A stretch of DNA of 64,000 nucleotides from a virus. Below the pieces are notes generated by a model, which ran no database searches, was not told the DNA's origin, and saw only the letters and a list, made by a program, of their open reading frames with translations. A program made the translations under genes and the position numbers. Shown piece by piece: positions 1-10,122 of this stretch. Location: IMG/VR virus record IMGVR_UViG_3300042311_000920, positions 1 through 64,000 of that record. The stretch is one strand, 5' to 3'. Within the stretch, counting starts at the first letter, position 1. The number at the start of each line of letters is the position of its first letter.

Positions 1-1582
1 CCCAATCAGCTGTTACATCAAAGTTATAACTAAGTTCATCCGTAACTTCAAAATAATAAATCTCATTATCATTTTCGACAATTTCCAAAGTCTCAATCCA
101 ATCTTTTACAATTTCGTTTGTGAGTTCTGAAAATTCGGTTAATCCTAAATCTGATAGCGTTGTTGTGAAAAATATGTTTTTCTTAAAACTGCCTCCACCA
201 CTAGGTGTTCCATTAGCTAATAAGTGGTTGACACTCCAATATTCTACTCCTCCAACTACTTCAATTAATTTTAAAATAGCTAGTCCGTTGGTTGGGATTA
301 AAGGCGAACCGATAAATTCAATGTCTGTATCAAATAAAACCTCTCTCGGTGTAGGCGACGTATTTTTAATCCAAAATTCCGTGTTAGCTGTAAATCCTAA
401 ACTTAAAACGGGGTCAAACTCCGTTGTGATTGTTAGAAATTTATTGTCGTCAGATTGGATTAAAAAATACGGGTCTTCGTCTGTTACTAGTTTTACAGTT
501 CGGTTTCCTGCGTCCACTACTTCATTAACCACATTATTCCCGAAAACCTCAAAGTCTTCTTCGGTGGTTTGTAATTCATCAAATCCATAAGTTCCCCCTG
601 GTGCAAGAAATAAGTAATTGATAGATTCTCCGTCAATTAATGTTCTGAAAATACGATAGCCTTCTGATTGCTCTTGAATTACAAATGGTGCTTCTAAATT
701 GACAACATCCCAAATGTTGTTTCCTACTATTTCGCCAACATCTATAAATTGAGTACTGGGAAGTGATATGATGTCGTCAGCAGTTGCTTTCGAGTAATAA
801 GTCAATTCTATATCGCTTTCTAATATTTGTATTCCTCCCGTTCCGTAAGTGCCTTTTCCTTTGAGTTTAAAGTAAAACTTTTTAATTTCTACTACTTGTA
901 CATCAATAGCTACTTCTACGTCTTGAGTGATTACAATTAAAGGAATTTCAGTTTCGGTAACTGTGAACGTTGGCCCTGAATTTACAATGGATGCTATACT
1001 TACTTTTGGAGCATTTAACAATCGAGGTTCTAGTTGGTAGTAAATTGGTTTTACTAGATTGTCTTGATTTACTGAATTACCTTGAATCAAATCAAAATTA
1101 AAATAGTACGAACCGTTATTTATTAATTGCCCTAAATATAAATCACTTTTAACTGTTACGCCAAAAGTGTATCGGGCATCATCGCCTAATGTGATTTCAT
1201 TTATGACGAAATAAGCAAAGTTATTCGGGTCGTTGGAATTGCATAATTTGATTTCGAACTTGTCTATATTTCCTATCAGGTAATTGTAAAGTTCTTCTAA
1301 AAGTAAATCGGCTGCTGTTGTACTATTGAGTATAAGCGAAGTTACTTCTGTGAAATCTGTATTGTTTTCGTTGGAAAAAAAATAACCTTTGGAATAAGGC
1401 GTTAAACTATCGTCTGAACCGTTTGAATATAAGTAAGCGGTTTCATTCATTAAATTTAAAATAGCCTGAATGTAAACAGTTTTAGTTCTGTCAAAATCTT
1501 GACTGTCGTTGATTAAAAAGGAATCCGTATTCTTCGGAATCGGTTTTAAAGCGTACACCGACTGATTGTTCATTTTAGCCAT
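1..1582 (-). CDS. Large protein, probably virion/tail-associated, running off the window start
   Basis: Absent from the ORF track. Manual translation from ATG 1582 (MAKMNNQSVYALKPIPKNTDSFLINDSQ...) stays open for several hundred codons. Minus-strand TATATTTG promoter at 1608-1615. Confidence 0.65.
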   Translation of the reverse strand, partial: MAKMNNQSVYALKPIPKNTDSFLINDSQDFDRTKTVYIQAILNLMNETAYLYSNGSDDSLTPYSKGYFFSNENNTDFTEVTSLILNSTTAADLLLEELYNYLIGNIDKFEIKLCNSNDPNNFAYFVINEITLGDDARYTFGVTVKSDLYLGQLINNGSYYFNFDLIQGNSVNQDNLVKPIYYQLEPRLLNAPKVSIASIVNSGPTFTVTETEIPLIVITQDVEVAIDVQVVEIKKFYFKLKGKGTYGTGGIQILESDIELTYYSKATADDIISLPSTQFIDVGEIVGNNIWDVVNLEAPFVIQEQSEGYRIFRTLIDGESINYLFLAPGGTYGFDELQTTEEDFEVFGNNVVNEVVDAGNRTVKLVTDEDPYFLIQSDDNKFLTITTEFDPVLSLGFTANTEFWIKNTSPTPREVLFDTDIEFIGSPLIPTNGLAILKLIEVVGGVEYWSVNHLLANGTPSGGGSFKKNIFFTTTLSDLGLTEFSELTNEIVKDWIETLEIVENDNEIYYFEVTDELSYNFDVTADW

Positions 1583-1607
1583 GATAAATAATATCGATTG
1601 TTGTATG

Positions 1608-1638
1608 CAAATATAATAGATTTTAGTTATTATATTTG
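1608..1638. promoter_or_regulatory. Divergent Bacteroidota sigma70 -7 elements
   Basis: CAAATATA at 1608-1615 (minus) and TATATTTG at 1631-1638 (plus) match TAnnTTTG. Confidence 0.6.
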
Positions 1639-1667
1639 CTAATCAGATATATAAAATTTATAGTAAA

Positions 1668-2234
1668 ATGGAAAAATACTCACCGCTATATAATAATATT
1701 GCAGAAAATGCAAAGAACATTCTTGTGAAAAAGAAAGTGATACTTGAGAAAAATAGAAAAAAAGTTAAGTACAGTAAGACACTGTATTTGGTAGTAAGGG
1801 AAGGCTACGATATTTGCGAAAACCTAATGTTGGTAAGAGCTTACATTCTAAAAGAGTATGATGTAGATTTAAGATTGTTGGAAATATTTTTGTACTTGGG
1901 TCCAAAAAACTATTTTACCCAACAAGATTTTTTTGATATGCCAAAACCTTTTACATACAATCGCGTGAGTACGATGCTTAAAAAAGGACATATAATCATA
2001 GTTCAAAAAGGCAAAAACAGAGGTCAACACATTTACCAATTATCTGTTCAGGCACGTACTGTTGTAAGAAAATTTTACGAGCTTCTTTCGGGCGAATCAA
2101 AATTCCCAGAAGACTACAAAAAAAATCCAATGGCCAAAGTAAAAGTAAACGCCTTTGATAAAATAAAAATGGACATTATGCGAAAGGTTAATCAACTTGA
2201 ACCTTCGGAAACAAAAAAAGGACTGTATCAATAA
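1668..2234 (+). CDS. Hypothetical protein, possible winged-helix DNA-binding protein
   Basis: 188-aa basic ORF with its own promoter and terminator. Confidence 0.6.
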   Translation: MEKYSPLYNNIAENAKNILVKKKVILEKNRKKVKYSKTLYLVVREGYDICENLMLVRAYILKEYDVDLRLLEIFLYLGPKNYFTQQDFFDMPKPFTYNRVSTMLKKGHIIIVQKGKNRGQHIYQLSVQARTVVRKFYELLSGESKFPEDYKKNPMAKVKVNAFDKIKMDIMRKVNQLEPSETKKGLYQ

Positions 2235-2246
2235 CAGTCCTTTTTT
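2213..2246. terminator. Bidirectional intrinsic terminator
   Basis: A-run, GGACTGT/ACAGTCC stem, T-run between convergent genes. Confidence 0.75.
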
Positions 2247-2267
2247 GTTTTCTAGAGATAATATTTT

Positions 2268-2837
2268 TTATCCAAAAACCAAGAACTGTACTTTTGCAAC
2301 TGCGTTTAACACAGCGGTACCTACGTTTGTAACCACAACAACGAATGATCCATTTGCAACAGATTTTACACGAGTGACAATTGCCCCAGTAGTTCCTGCG
2401 TAAATTGGAGTTAACTGAATGTTTGAAGCCGTGGTAACCTTGGTATTTGTAACTACGAACTCAAAACTTGCATCAGCAGCATCTGTCAAGGCTACGGTAG
2501 TAATTACACCATTCAATGCAGAAAGTGTAACTCCCGTTGTTTTAGACGTTAATTGCGTTACGGTTCCTTTGTCATTTGCGATTGTAGTTTCCGCATCAGC
2601 CGAAGCGACAATAGTTGACAAGGCAGTTACAAAAGCATTGTAATTTGCGTAAGGCTGGTCTTCGGAGTCACGGAAATTTTGCCATTTTTTGTAATCGTTA
2701 CCTCCTCCGATAAGAATGCTTGTTTCTTTTTGGATGATTTTTACTTCCTCGTTTCGGTAATCGATAAAGAAATCTCCACGTTGGTATCTGTTTCCATCTA
2801 CCGCAAAAATTCTAGAATTTACTACTTCAATTTTCAT
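2268..2837 (-). CDS. Putative virion structural protein
   Basis: Thr/Val/Ala-rich beta-strand C-terminal domain (GTVTQLTSKTTGVTL). Confidence 0.55.
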   Translation of the reverse strand: MKIEVVNSRIFAVDGNRYQRGDFFIDYRNEEVKIIQKETSILIGGGNDYKKWQNFRDSEDQPYANYNAFVTALSTIVASADAETTIANDKGTVTQLTSKTTGVTLSALNGVITTVALTDAADASFEFVVTNTKVTTASNIQLTPIYAGTTGAIVTRVKSVANGSFVVVVTNVGTAVLNAVAKVQFLVFG

Positions 2838-2924
2838 AATTTAAAAGTTTTATAGATTATAATTATAATGTTTGTAAAAGTAATAAATTTTATTTATGTA
2901 ACTTATTTTCAGTCAATAAATTTA

Positions 2925-3188
2925 CTAATCGGGATTTACAAATTCGATTTCCGAACTTTCCTTTAGCAAAAAGCAGTCGATTCCGTTGTATTCAATTGGT
3001 GTTCCGGCTACGTTCTTGAATTTTCTCACGACATCGCCAATTTTGCAGTGTTTTACTTCTGTACCAAGTAGAACAACTTCAAAATCGTGTTCGTTCTTTG
3101 GTTTGTTTCCAAGGATTATCCCAGAAACGGTTTTGTTTTCTTCTTTTGGTAGTGGCTTGACCAAGATACGGTCTGATAGGATTTTCAT
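2925..3188 (-). CDS. groES: Co-chaperonin GroES-like protein
   Basis: MKILSDRILVKP...KTVSGIIL...VVLLG...KIGDVV matches the Cpn10 pattern. Confidence 0.85.
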   Translation of the reverse strand: MKILSDRILVKPLPKEENKTVSGIILGNKPKNEHDFEVVLLGTEVKHCKIGDVVRKFKNVAGTPIEYNGIDCFLLKESSEIEFVNPD

Positions 3189-3200
3189 GGTTATTTAGTT

Positions 3201-3440
3201 TTATTTACAGTTGCAATTTTTACATTCCTCACACTTCTTTTTTACAATCGGGGCGTATTCATTATCTTTCCAAACAACAACTAATCCGCTACTACACGAG
3301 TATGAATTAGAACTTTCATTGTAGTCAAATTTCGTGACGTGGTTGATGTTTAAAACTGTATTCAAATTCAAGCATCGGATTTCCTTTGCTTTTAAAAAGT
3401 GTTCTTTTACTTCTTCGGGAGTAGGTATTGTTGATTGCAT
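3201..3440 (-). CDS. Hypothetical protein with Cys-rich C-terminus
   Basis: ORF in a tightly packed leftward operon. Confidence 0.55.
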   Translation of the reverse strand: MQSTIPTPEEVKEHFLKAKEIRCLNLNTVLNINHVTKFDYNESSNSYSCSSGLVVVWKDNEYAPIVKKKCEECKNCNCK

Positions 3441-3648
3441 AAGGTTTAGTCTTTGACTTCTTCGATTTTTTTTGCTTCTTTCTGACTGTTTAGAAAGTTT
3501 TCTATGTCCGAATCAGAAACAACGTCGTGTTTTTCAGGATGTGATTCTTTACTCGCGCGGTCGTTTAATAAAAAGTTACCAAACGCTACTAAAAGTGATA
3601 TTTTTTTTCCCATAATAAAAATTAGATTTAACCTATACAATCGAGGTT

Positions 3649-4032
3649 TTAGTTTTTAATTACGTATTTCGAAATTTCTTCCAAATACTTACTTTTGATT
3701 CTGTTTTCGATTCTGCCAAGTCTGTCGGCTTCGGAAAGGTCTTCGTCTTTGGCGTCGTAAAATTGACCTCTTGCCGTATAATCGCTCCAAAATTTTTCGA
3801 TTTCTTTAAATTCAAAATGAATAAAATAAGATATTTTTTCGTGCTTACGAATAATTTCGTCTTGATCGGAAGTATCTGTTACTAATGCTGAACTTGGAGC
3901 AATGTGCAACAAAACGCCTTCAAGATAAAAAAGCGTTTGACCTGTATTCGGCATAAATTCTACCTTGTCGCTCTGTACGATTTCAGAACAGTTGTTGGCT
4001 GTAATTCTGTAATTTCTAATATTATTTCCCAT
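3649..4032 (-). CDS. Hypothetical protein
   Basis: 127-aa ORF in the operon. Confidence 0.6.
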   Translation of the reverse strand: MGNNIRNYRITANNCSEIVQSDKVEFMPNTGQTLFYLEGVLLHIAPSSALVTDTSDQDEIIRKHEKISYFIHFEFKEIEKFWSDYTARGQFYDAKDEDLSEADRLGRIENRIKSKYLEEISKYVIKN

Positions 4033-4038
4033 AAGTTT

Positions 4039-4308
4039 TTAATTTTCGCAGTAGTATTCCCCGACAGAAAAATTATTCACATAGAAAGAAATTCCGTTAT
4101 CGGTTGATAGTTGTTGCTCGTTGATTTTAAATTGATTTGTGATCGTATCTCCGCATTCAGAAACATACATCAGTTTTATTTCTTGCTGTTCCCGAAAGTG
4201 ACGTGTGTCGATTAATTTTCCGCAATTCTCTTTACAAGTCGCGTCTGGAATTCCTGACGTATCTGTACTGCAGGAAATAAGTAGAAGTAAAAGTGGTAGG
4301 TGTTTCAT
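4039..4308 (-). CDS. Putative lipoprotein
   Basis: MKHLPLLLLLISC signal peptide and lipobox. Confidence 0.6.
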   Translation of the reverse strand: MKHLPLLLLLISCSTDTSGIPDATCKENCGKLIDTRHFREQQEIKLMYVSECGDTITNQFKINEQQLSTDNGISFYVNNFSVGEYYCEN

Positions 4309-4312
4309 GGTT

Positions 4313-4606
4313 TTAATCGTTTTGGTTATTATCGATTGGATATGAATAGCCTAACTTTCCAGCTTGCGAATCGGGATGAATATATGTCGCATGCTTTAAA
4401 TTATTTTCGGATGCGTTCTCCAATTCTAATTTTGTCGATGCCAATGAACTTGATTTAGCTTTTACCATAATCAAGTGATATTTGTCGGTTTCTTTAAATT
4501 TTTTCCTGACGAGCGTGCATCCTGAAACTACATTTTCAGATAAAATTTTAAAATCCATTTTTGGATAAATGGGATAAATTGCTTTTAATTGTTGAGCTGT
4601 TTTCAT
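4313..4606 (-). CDS. Hypothetical protein
   Basis: 97-aa ORF in the operon. Confidence 0.55.
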   Translation of the reverse strand: MKTAQQLKAIYPIYPKMDFKILSENVVSGCTLVRKKFKETDKYHLIMVKAKSSSLASTKLELENASENNLKHATYIHPDSQAGKLGYSYPIDNNQND

Positions 4607-4612
4607 TGTATT

Positions 4613-4936
4613 TTAATTTAATGCAGTTATTTCAAATTCAAAAAACTCTTGTCCTTTTTTTGTAGGAACTTTTTTTATATTCATTTCAAAAATATCCTTG
4701 TCGTTGAATCCGTATTTCTTTTGAAAAATATCAATCAATAATTTTAACGGATTGTCGATATCGGAACCTGAATTACTGAACCCGAAAACAAAAGAAACTT
4801 TCAACTTTCCTTGTGGAATTTGCATTTTCGGCAACGTAAGTAAAAGTGTTTTTTCGTAGGATTTATATTCAGGTGTCTTGTAACGTTTTCCTTGCCACGC
4901 TTCATTAACCGACAACGGCTTGATAAACATTTTCAT
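4613..4936 (-). CDS. rusA: RusA-family Holliday junction resolvase
   Basis: KPLSVN start, SDIDNPLKLLID and FNDKDI catalytic Asp motifs. Start moved to the ATG at 4936. Confidence 0.8.
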   Translation of the reverse strand: MKMFIKPLSVNEAWQGKRYKTPEYKSYEKTLLLTLPKMQIPQGKLKVSFVFGFSNSGSDIDNPLKLLIDIFQKKYGFNDKDIFEMNIKKVPTKKGQEFFEFEITALN

Positions 4937-5067
4937 AATTAAGAAAGTATAAAAACAGTTACTAACACTCCAATCAAACAACCTAATGATGCAGCAGCAA
5001 TTACCGCTATTCCTATAGTTCTGGAAATCATATTTACTCTTTCATCGTCGTAGTTCATGGTGTTTAA

Positions 5068-5346
5068 TTATCTATTTTTAAATTTTACCTTTTCTTCTGG
5101 AGTCCAATGCTCTACATTTGCAACTAACTCCTGATTTTTTTCAAACGGAGCATACAGTCTTTTTATAGCGTCCATAAGATTATTTTGCTCAGTATCTTCC
5201 ACAGAAAACAAATATTCCATTTTTTCGCCGTAATAGAAAGAAACTATGTCGCATGAATTATTATGTTCTGCATAAAGAACTTGCTTGTCCCGACTTCCGT
5301 AAGAGCCCATTTCCGTGAATTCTGTTTTTACTAAATGTCTGCTCAT
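5068..5346 (-). CDS. Hypothetical protein
   Basis: 92-aa ORF. Confidence 0.55.
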   Translation of the reverse strand: MSRHLVKTEFTEMGSYGSRDKQVLYAEHNNSCDIVSFYYGEKMEYLFSVEDTEQNNLMDAIKRLYAPFEKNQELVANVEHWTPEEKVKFKNR

Positions 5347-5783
5347 TTCTTACAATTTTAATTTTTAATTTTTTAATAAATCGGCCTTGGCTCTCACTGC
5401 TTCGGCCGATTCTTCTCTCTAGCGGAACTCCTTTGCCAATTGTTTTTCTTTTTTATTTAACTTCTTTCACGAAATTTACAGGATAGAAATAAGCAATTAG
5501 TTCCCCGTTCAAGTAAAAATTAACTCCACATTCAGATGTAAATAAATCCGCATCAATAGTGTGTTCAATGAAATCACCATCCTTATCTGTCGATCTAGTT
5601 TGTACTAAAAATTTTTTCATGATTATATAAAATTGGTTAATAATTAAGCTTGTACAGTTTCCTGAATAACACAATCCGGATAAAGCGTTTTGAACTTCTG
5701 TTCAGCGTCAATAGAATCGTTCGCGTAACGTTCCGCTTTATTCACTCTCCCTAAATGGTCTTTGTAATTAATAATGAATTTTT

Positions 5784-6038
5784 TCATTGTGTTTCTGTTT
5801 TATTAAAATTAGATTTTCGAACGTAGTAGCTATAAATCTCGTGATTCTTTTCACTCATAATCATTATCTTTTTATCGTCGATAATTTTACGCACTGATAA
5901 TGTGAACATATACTCGTCGGTCGGGTCGTAAAAATCCAAAGCATCTGATTCCGAGCATTCGTGATTTGAATTAAAATGCAAAACTCCTTTCTCTAATTTT
6001 ACATTCTTGTGAAGCTTGTTTGTGTTTTCTTTTCCCAT
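5784..6038 (-). CDS. Hypothetical protein
   Basis: ORF in the leftward operon. Confidence 0.5.
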   Translation of the reverse strand: MGKENTNKLHKNVKLEKGVLHFNSNHECSESDALDFYDPTDEYMFTLSVRKIIDDKKIMIMSEKNHEIYSYYVRKSNFNKTETQ

Positions 6039-6050
6039 TTTATTTATAAG

Positions 6051-6263
6051 TTAATCCCGAAGCTCTGTGTTATCAGGTCCAGGATATGTGAATTGACTAA
6101 ATCCCAATTGAAAAGCAGTATAAATATAACCAACTTGTTTCTTCATAGTATGCCACTCATTCAACGTCATTTCTTTTTTTACTACTTCATCACCATTGGT
6201 TCTAATAACCTCGATTATCGTATCGCCTGATAAACCTATGTTAGTTGTATCACGCTTGGTCAT
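6051..6263 (-). CDS. Hypothetical protein
   Basis: Overlaps the neighbouring ORF, operon-like packing. Confidence 0.5.
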   Translation of the reverse strand: MTKRDTTNIGLSGDTIIEVIRTNGDEVVKKEMTLNEWHTMKKQVGYIYTAFQLGFSQFTYPGPDNTELRD

Positions 6264-6471
6264 TTAACAATTTTTCGTGTTCTTCTTTATCCTTTTCTGT
6301 AATGCAATACTTGCAAGAAAGTACTGATTTTACGTTCGGATGGATAATCTTATTTTCACTACAGTAAAATGACTTGTCGTAATCAATCCATATTTCTCCA
6401 ATTCCAAAATCCCCACAGTAAGGTTTCCAAAATCCAGGCTTGTAATCTAATATTTCTTGTATTTTACTCAT
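6250..6471 (-). CDS. Hypothetical protein
   Basis: Operon-like packing. Confidence 0.5.
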   Translation of the reverse strand: MSKIQEILDYKPGFWKPYCGDFGIGEIWIDYDKSFYCSENKIIHPNVKSVLSCKYCITEKDKEEHEKLLNDQA

Positions 6472-6772
6472 TTACTAACCTATCATAAAGTTCTTCCGGA
6501 CTTTCGTAATCATCCCCATTCTTCCCAAAATCCAAGAAAAAACAATAATGTTCAATATCACAAAATCCATCACCGTCAATAGGAAAATGTAACCGCAGTA
6601 ATTTCATCAAAGAAGACAAATACTTTGAATTGTCGTAAAGAACCGATGCTTCCATCCCAAATAGCTCTGAAACGCTCTGTGAATAACTCTTGTCGTAGTA
6701 ATGCTGAATCCGCATATCTTCAATTATTTCTACAAATAATGATTTTGTGATTCTTACATCCGTTATCCCATT
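6464..6772 (-). CDS. Hypothetical protein, first gene of the leftward operon
   Basis: Minus-strand TATATTTG at 6811-6818. The start is approximate. Confidence 0.5.
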   Translation of the reverse strand, partial: NGITDVRITKSLFVEIIEDMRIQHYYDKSYSQSVSELFGMEASVLYDNSKYLSSLMKLLRLHFPIDGDGFCDIEHYCFFLDFGKNGDDYESPEELYDRLVNE

Positions 6773-7679
6773 CATAAGTCCTGATTTTATAGTTTTTATT
6801 TTTCCCTTCACAAATATATGAATTTTTACACACAGTGAAGTTTTTGTGTAACTTTTTTCTGAAATATAGCTTTTGTTTCTTGAAATAATAAAAACACAAT
6901 AACAAGTCTTCTAAGAGGTTATCTTTTTCTCACAATGCTAACTTATATCTTTTTCTTTTTTTTTTGAAAAATGATGTGTGGTATAGGGTATGGGACGGTA
7001 TAGGGTGTGCAGGAATCGCGATCGAAAAAAGAAAATCGGATATTTCCGGGGTATGGGGGTGTGTTCCTGTCGTGTGATCCAAAAATTTTGGCTTTTTTAT
7101 CGTTGTTGGTTTTCAGTCATTTTTATTCAGCTATTTTCGTGTGTGTTCCTTTAATGGTCACATACTTTCAATGTAACGTACTGATATTTAGAAAACTAAC
7201 TTTTGTATTCTCTAAATCTGCACAGCTATTGTACAGTAATGCAAATTTGTGGATGAAATTAGATCGTTTCGATTGCGATATTTTTGGTGGATTTTTTTTG
7301 TCTCCACCGCGTGGACAAAGTAGACTAAACCCTCACCATTACTGACTTTATTTTTTTTGCTATTTTGGTCAAATTGTAGTCGTTTTACGTGTGTAACTTT
7401 AGCTACGTGATAGAACATTACTTAATCTCGCTTAAAAACAAACATAGTTTTATTTAAAATCTTACAATCTGGACCATCTTAACGGCTTTGTTTTTATTCA
7501 AGTGTAGTTTTGTGAAGTATCAATGCGAAATAAATAGTTATTCGCTTAAGCCTTATAAATAGTGGCTTCGTTGGTGTATCATAGATAAAACTTATCGAAT
7601 TTATTATTTCAATTAGTGATAAATTAGGGTTTTAAAGTGTTAAAAAATCAAAATGTGTTTTTTGTGTGCAATTAATATG

Positions 7680-7687
7680 TACATTTG
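7680..7687 (+). promoter_or_regulatory. Bacteroidota -7 promoter element for the rightward early transcript
   Basis: TACATTTG immediately before a structured leader. Confidence 0.55.
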
Positions 7688-7942
7688 TACAGCAATCAAT
7701 TGAGAGTTGTTTTACACATTGTTTGGGCTTCGCCCTTTGTGTTTTACTCTATTGAATTGTTTTGCTGGTTTAACCTCTATTACGTGGCGCGACCGACAAA
7801 ATTAACTAGGTTATGAAGTAGTAGCCAACAGCCGGGACAACAGGCGTAATAAGTTGCGGAAGTGGAAAACACTATAAAGCGGGTGTGGTTACTCTGGTTA
7901 ATTACCGAAACCCAGTAGTATTTTAAATATAAATACGCTGAT

Positions 7943-7993
7943 ACTGTACAGGATTGAGTGATCCTGCTGACGAGTTCAAAAGAACGAAACAGT
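7943..7993 (+). ncRNA. Type III hammerhead ribozyme
   Basis: ACTGTA (GUA cleavage triplet), stem I CAGGAT/ATCCTG, core CTGACGA, stem II GTTC-AAAA-GAAC, GAAA, then CAGT pairing with ACTG. All core elements and three stems are present. Confidence 0.85.
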
Positions 7994-8015
7994 TAACTAT
8001 TATATTTAATATATT

Positions 8016-8318
8016 ATGGCTAATCCATTAATTATCAAAGGAGGAATTTATTTTAACGGTACAATGTTATTAAAAGCTCATTATTCAGGCTTTTTTATGA
8101 TGGTTGATTGTACCGAATACAAGACAAAAAAGCAAATTAAACAGGACTACGACAGAGAAAAATCAAAGGAATTGTTATCAAAAGACAATTACTATTTAAT
8201 TAATGAAGGTGTTAAGTATTACGAATGCGAATACGGTCCGCGCCTTACAAATGATTTTGACTTGTTAAACGATGTTAGTAACTTATCGTTTACGGACGAA
8301 CAGTACGAGTTTGATTAA
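8016..8318 (+). CDS. Hypothetical early protein
   Basis: First ORF after the ribozyme. Confidence 0.6.
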   Translation: MANPLIIKGGIYFNGTMLLKAHYSGFFMMVDCTEYKTKKQIKQDYDREKSKELLSKDNYYLINEGVKYYECEYGPRLTNDFDLLNDVSNLSFTDEQYEFD

Positions 8319-8404
8319 TTGTCTCTTCCCTTCGGGGATTAACTATAACACTTTCACAACGTGGCGCGGTTGCGCTATTCAACTAACTTTTAAAAATTAA
8401 GATT

Positions 8405-8758
8405 ATGCAGACATTATCTACTTTATTACAAATCGAAAGACTAGAATATAATTTACACAAAATTGCAGCTAATAACAAGTTATTAATTGAAGTATTAACC
8501 GATAAAACGGTTTTAAACAAGGTCCAACAAAATAATTTTCATAATCTATTCAACGACACGCAGAAATTGATGTTAAGTACTTCAATTGATTTTTTGACCT
8601 TTAAAGGTAGAAAAAAACAGCTCGAAAAAATAACCGTCAATCCTTATATTAACGACGTCGTTAAAACTGTTAGAAAAACTTTACTAGAATTAAGAAAAGA
8701 GACCAAAGGCAAGTTTAACAAAAAATATATTGATTATATCAATACGGAGTTCAAGTGA
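8405..8758 (+). CDS. Hypothetical early protein
   Basis: 117-aa ORF with an A-rich start region. Confidence 0.6.
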   Translation: MQTLSTLLQIERLEYNLHKIAANNKLLIEVLTDKTVLNKVQQNNFHNLFNDTQKLMLSTSIDFLTFKGRKKQLEKITVNPYINDVVKTVRKTLLELRKETKGKFNKKYIDYINTEFK

Positions 8759-8885
8759 TTAAAAGATTCAACACGGCAAAAAGCCAATTCCAGAAAATTA
8801 GCAAAACGGAGGTGACCAATTTATTCGGCTGGGACACTCACAGCATCGAGCAATTAAAACTTAAAAATTTTATAAAATAATCATC

Positions 8886-9236
8886 ATGAACACAATACAA
8901 AAAGATAGAAACGGCTTTATTTCGATAGATTTAAAAGTTGCAAACATGCGAAACGAGCAAAATTTCACAATTTACCCCTACACGGGAGGCGACATATTAA
9001 CACTTCAATCAAGTAAAAGAATTATGTCTTTGAACCTACGGACCGGATCGGGAAAAATTAACCCTAAAAACGAACAAAACGGCGCGTATTCCATGCACTT
9101 AAGTTTCAAAACACTACCGTTTCAATTAGATGAAGAAACAAAAGTAAGTATTCAAGGTTATTTCTGGAATAACGAAGGCAAACAAGGAGGCGGGACGTGC
9201 TTAAAATGGGAAAACAAAGGACTTTTTTCTAACTAA
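8886..9236 (+). CDS. Hypothetical early protein
   Basis: 116-aa ORF. Confidence 0.6.
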   Translation: MNTIQKDRNGFISIDLKVANMRNEQNFTIYPYTGGDILTLQSSKRIMSLNLRTGSGKINPKNEQNGAYSMHLSFKTLPFQLDEETKVSIQGYFWNNEGKQGGGTCLKWENKGLFSN

Positions 9237-9249
9237 AAATTTACAAAAA

Positions 9250-9894
9250 ATGAACACTTACCACAAATACGCTGCAAATGTTTTTGTAGCAAAATGCGCA
9301 GAAATGCACGAGAAAGGCGAGACAATTATTTTAACAACTAAATACGGGCAAGAACACGAATGTATTGTATTTAATTTAGTCGGAAGAGACCGCGACGGAA
9401 ATTTTTACTACTCAATAGTAAGGGCAGACGGTTACAACGTCCAGGAACGTGCAAAAGCAAAAGCCGAAAGATACCAAAATTGGGCAAACTCCGCCGAAAA
9501 TCGCAGCACTGAATACTGGAAAGCTTCACACGAAGGAGCGGACTTTTTAAAACTTGCCGAGCCGATCAAAATAGGACACCACAGCGAAAAGCGACACAGA
9601 GCGTTAATAGACCGTAATTGGAACAGAATGTCAAAATGTGTTGAAGAAAGCAAAAAAGCCGAACAGCACGAAAGCAAAGCGGAATACTGGACACGTAAAG
9701 CCGACACTATTAATTTATCAATGCCAGAAAGTTTAGAGTTTTACGAATACAAATTAGAGGAAGCAAAAGCGAAGCACGAAAATTTAAAAAATAACCCTTC
9801 GGAGCGTTCGCACTCGTATTCGCTGACGTACGCAAAAAAAGCAGTTAACGAAGCCGAAAAGAATTTGCAAACAGCAAAAAAACTTTGGGAATAA
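9250..9894 (+). CDS. DUF3560 domain protein
   Basis: EPIKIGHHSEKRHR signature. Confidence 0.8.
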   Translation: MNTYHKYAANVFVAKCAEMHEKGETIILTTKYGQEHECIVFNLVGRDRDGNFYYSIVRADGYNVQERAKAKAERYQNWANSAENRSTEYWKASHEGADFLKLAEPIKIGHHSEKRHRALIDRNWNRMSKCVEESKKAEQHESKAEYWTRKADTINLSMPESLEFYEYKLEEAKAKHENLKNNPSERSHSYSLTYAKKAVNEAEKNLQTAKKLWE

Positions 9895-9903
9895 TTACTA
9901 ACC

Positions 9904-9927
9904 AACCGCCTCACAAGGGTGGTTTTT
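9904..9927 (+). terminator. Intrinsic terminator
   Basis: AACCGCC/GGTGGTT stem followed by a T-run. Confidence 0.55.
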
Positions 9928-10122
9928 AATTTCAAAACATAATGACAAATTTAAACGGATTTTTTTACTGGTTTATCAGTTTAGGCGGAGATACTGCCAA
10001 AGCCAATTTCAAAGAGGTACACGACAACGTTAACGCGATTAGCTTACAATTTAGCACGCTGAAAAATAGAGCTGCAGAAATCAAAGAAAAGTACAATTAT
10101 AAATTTATAAAAAACTAAAACC

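Noticed and set aside
120-590. 156-aa plus-strand ORF
   Set aside because: It is the antisense shadow of the long minus-strand gene starting at 1582
7007-7418. ORFs 7007-7345 and 7212-7418
   Set aside because: Low-complexity, composition-driven translations in a likely non-coding region
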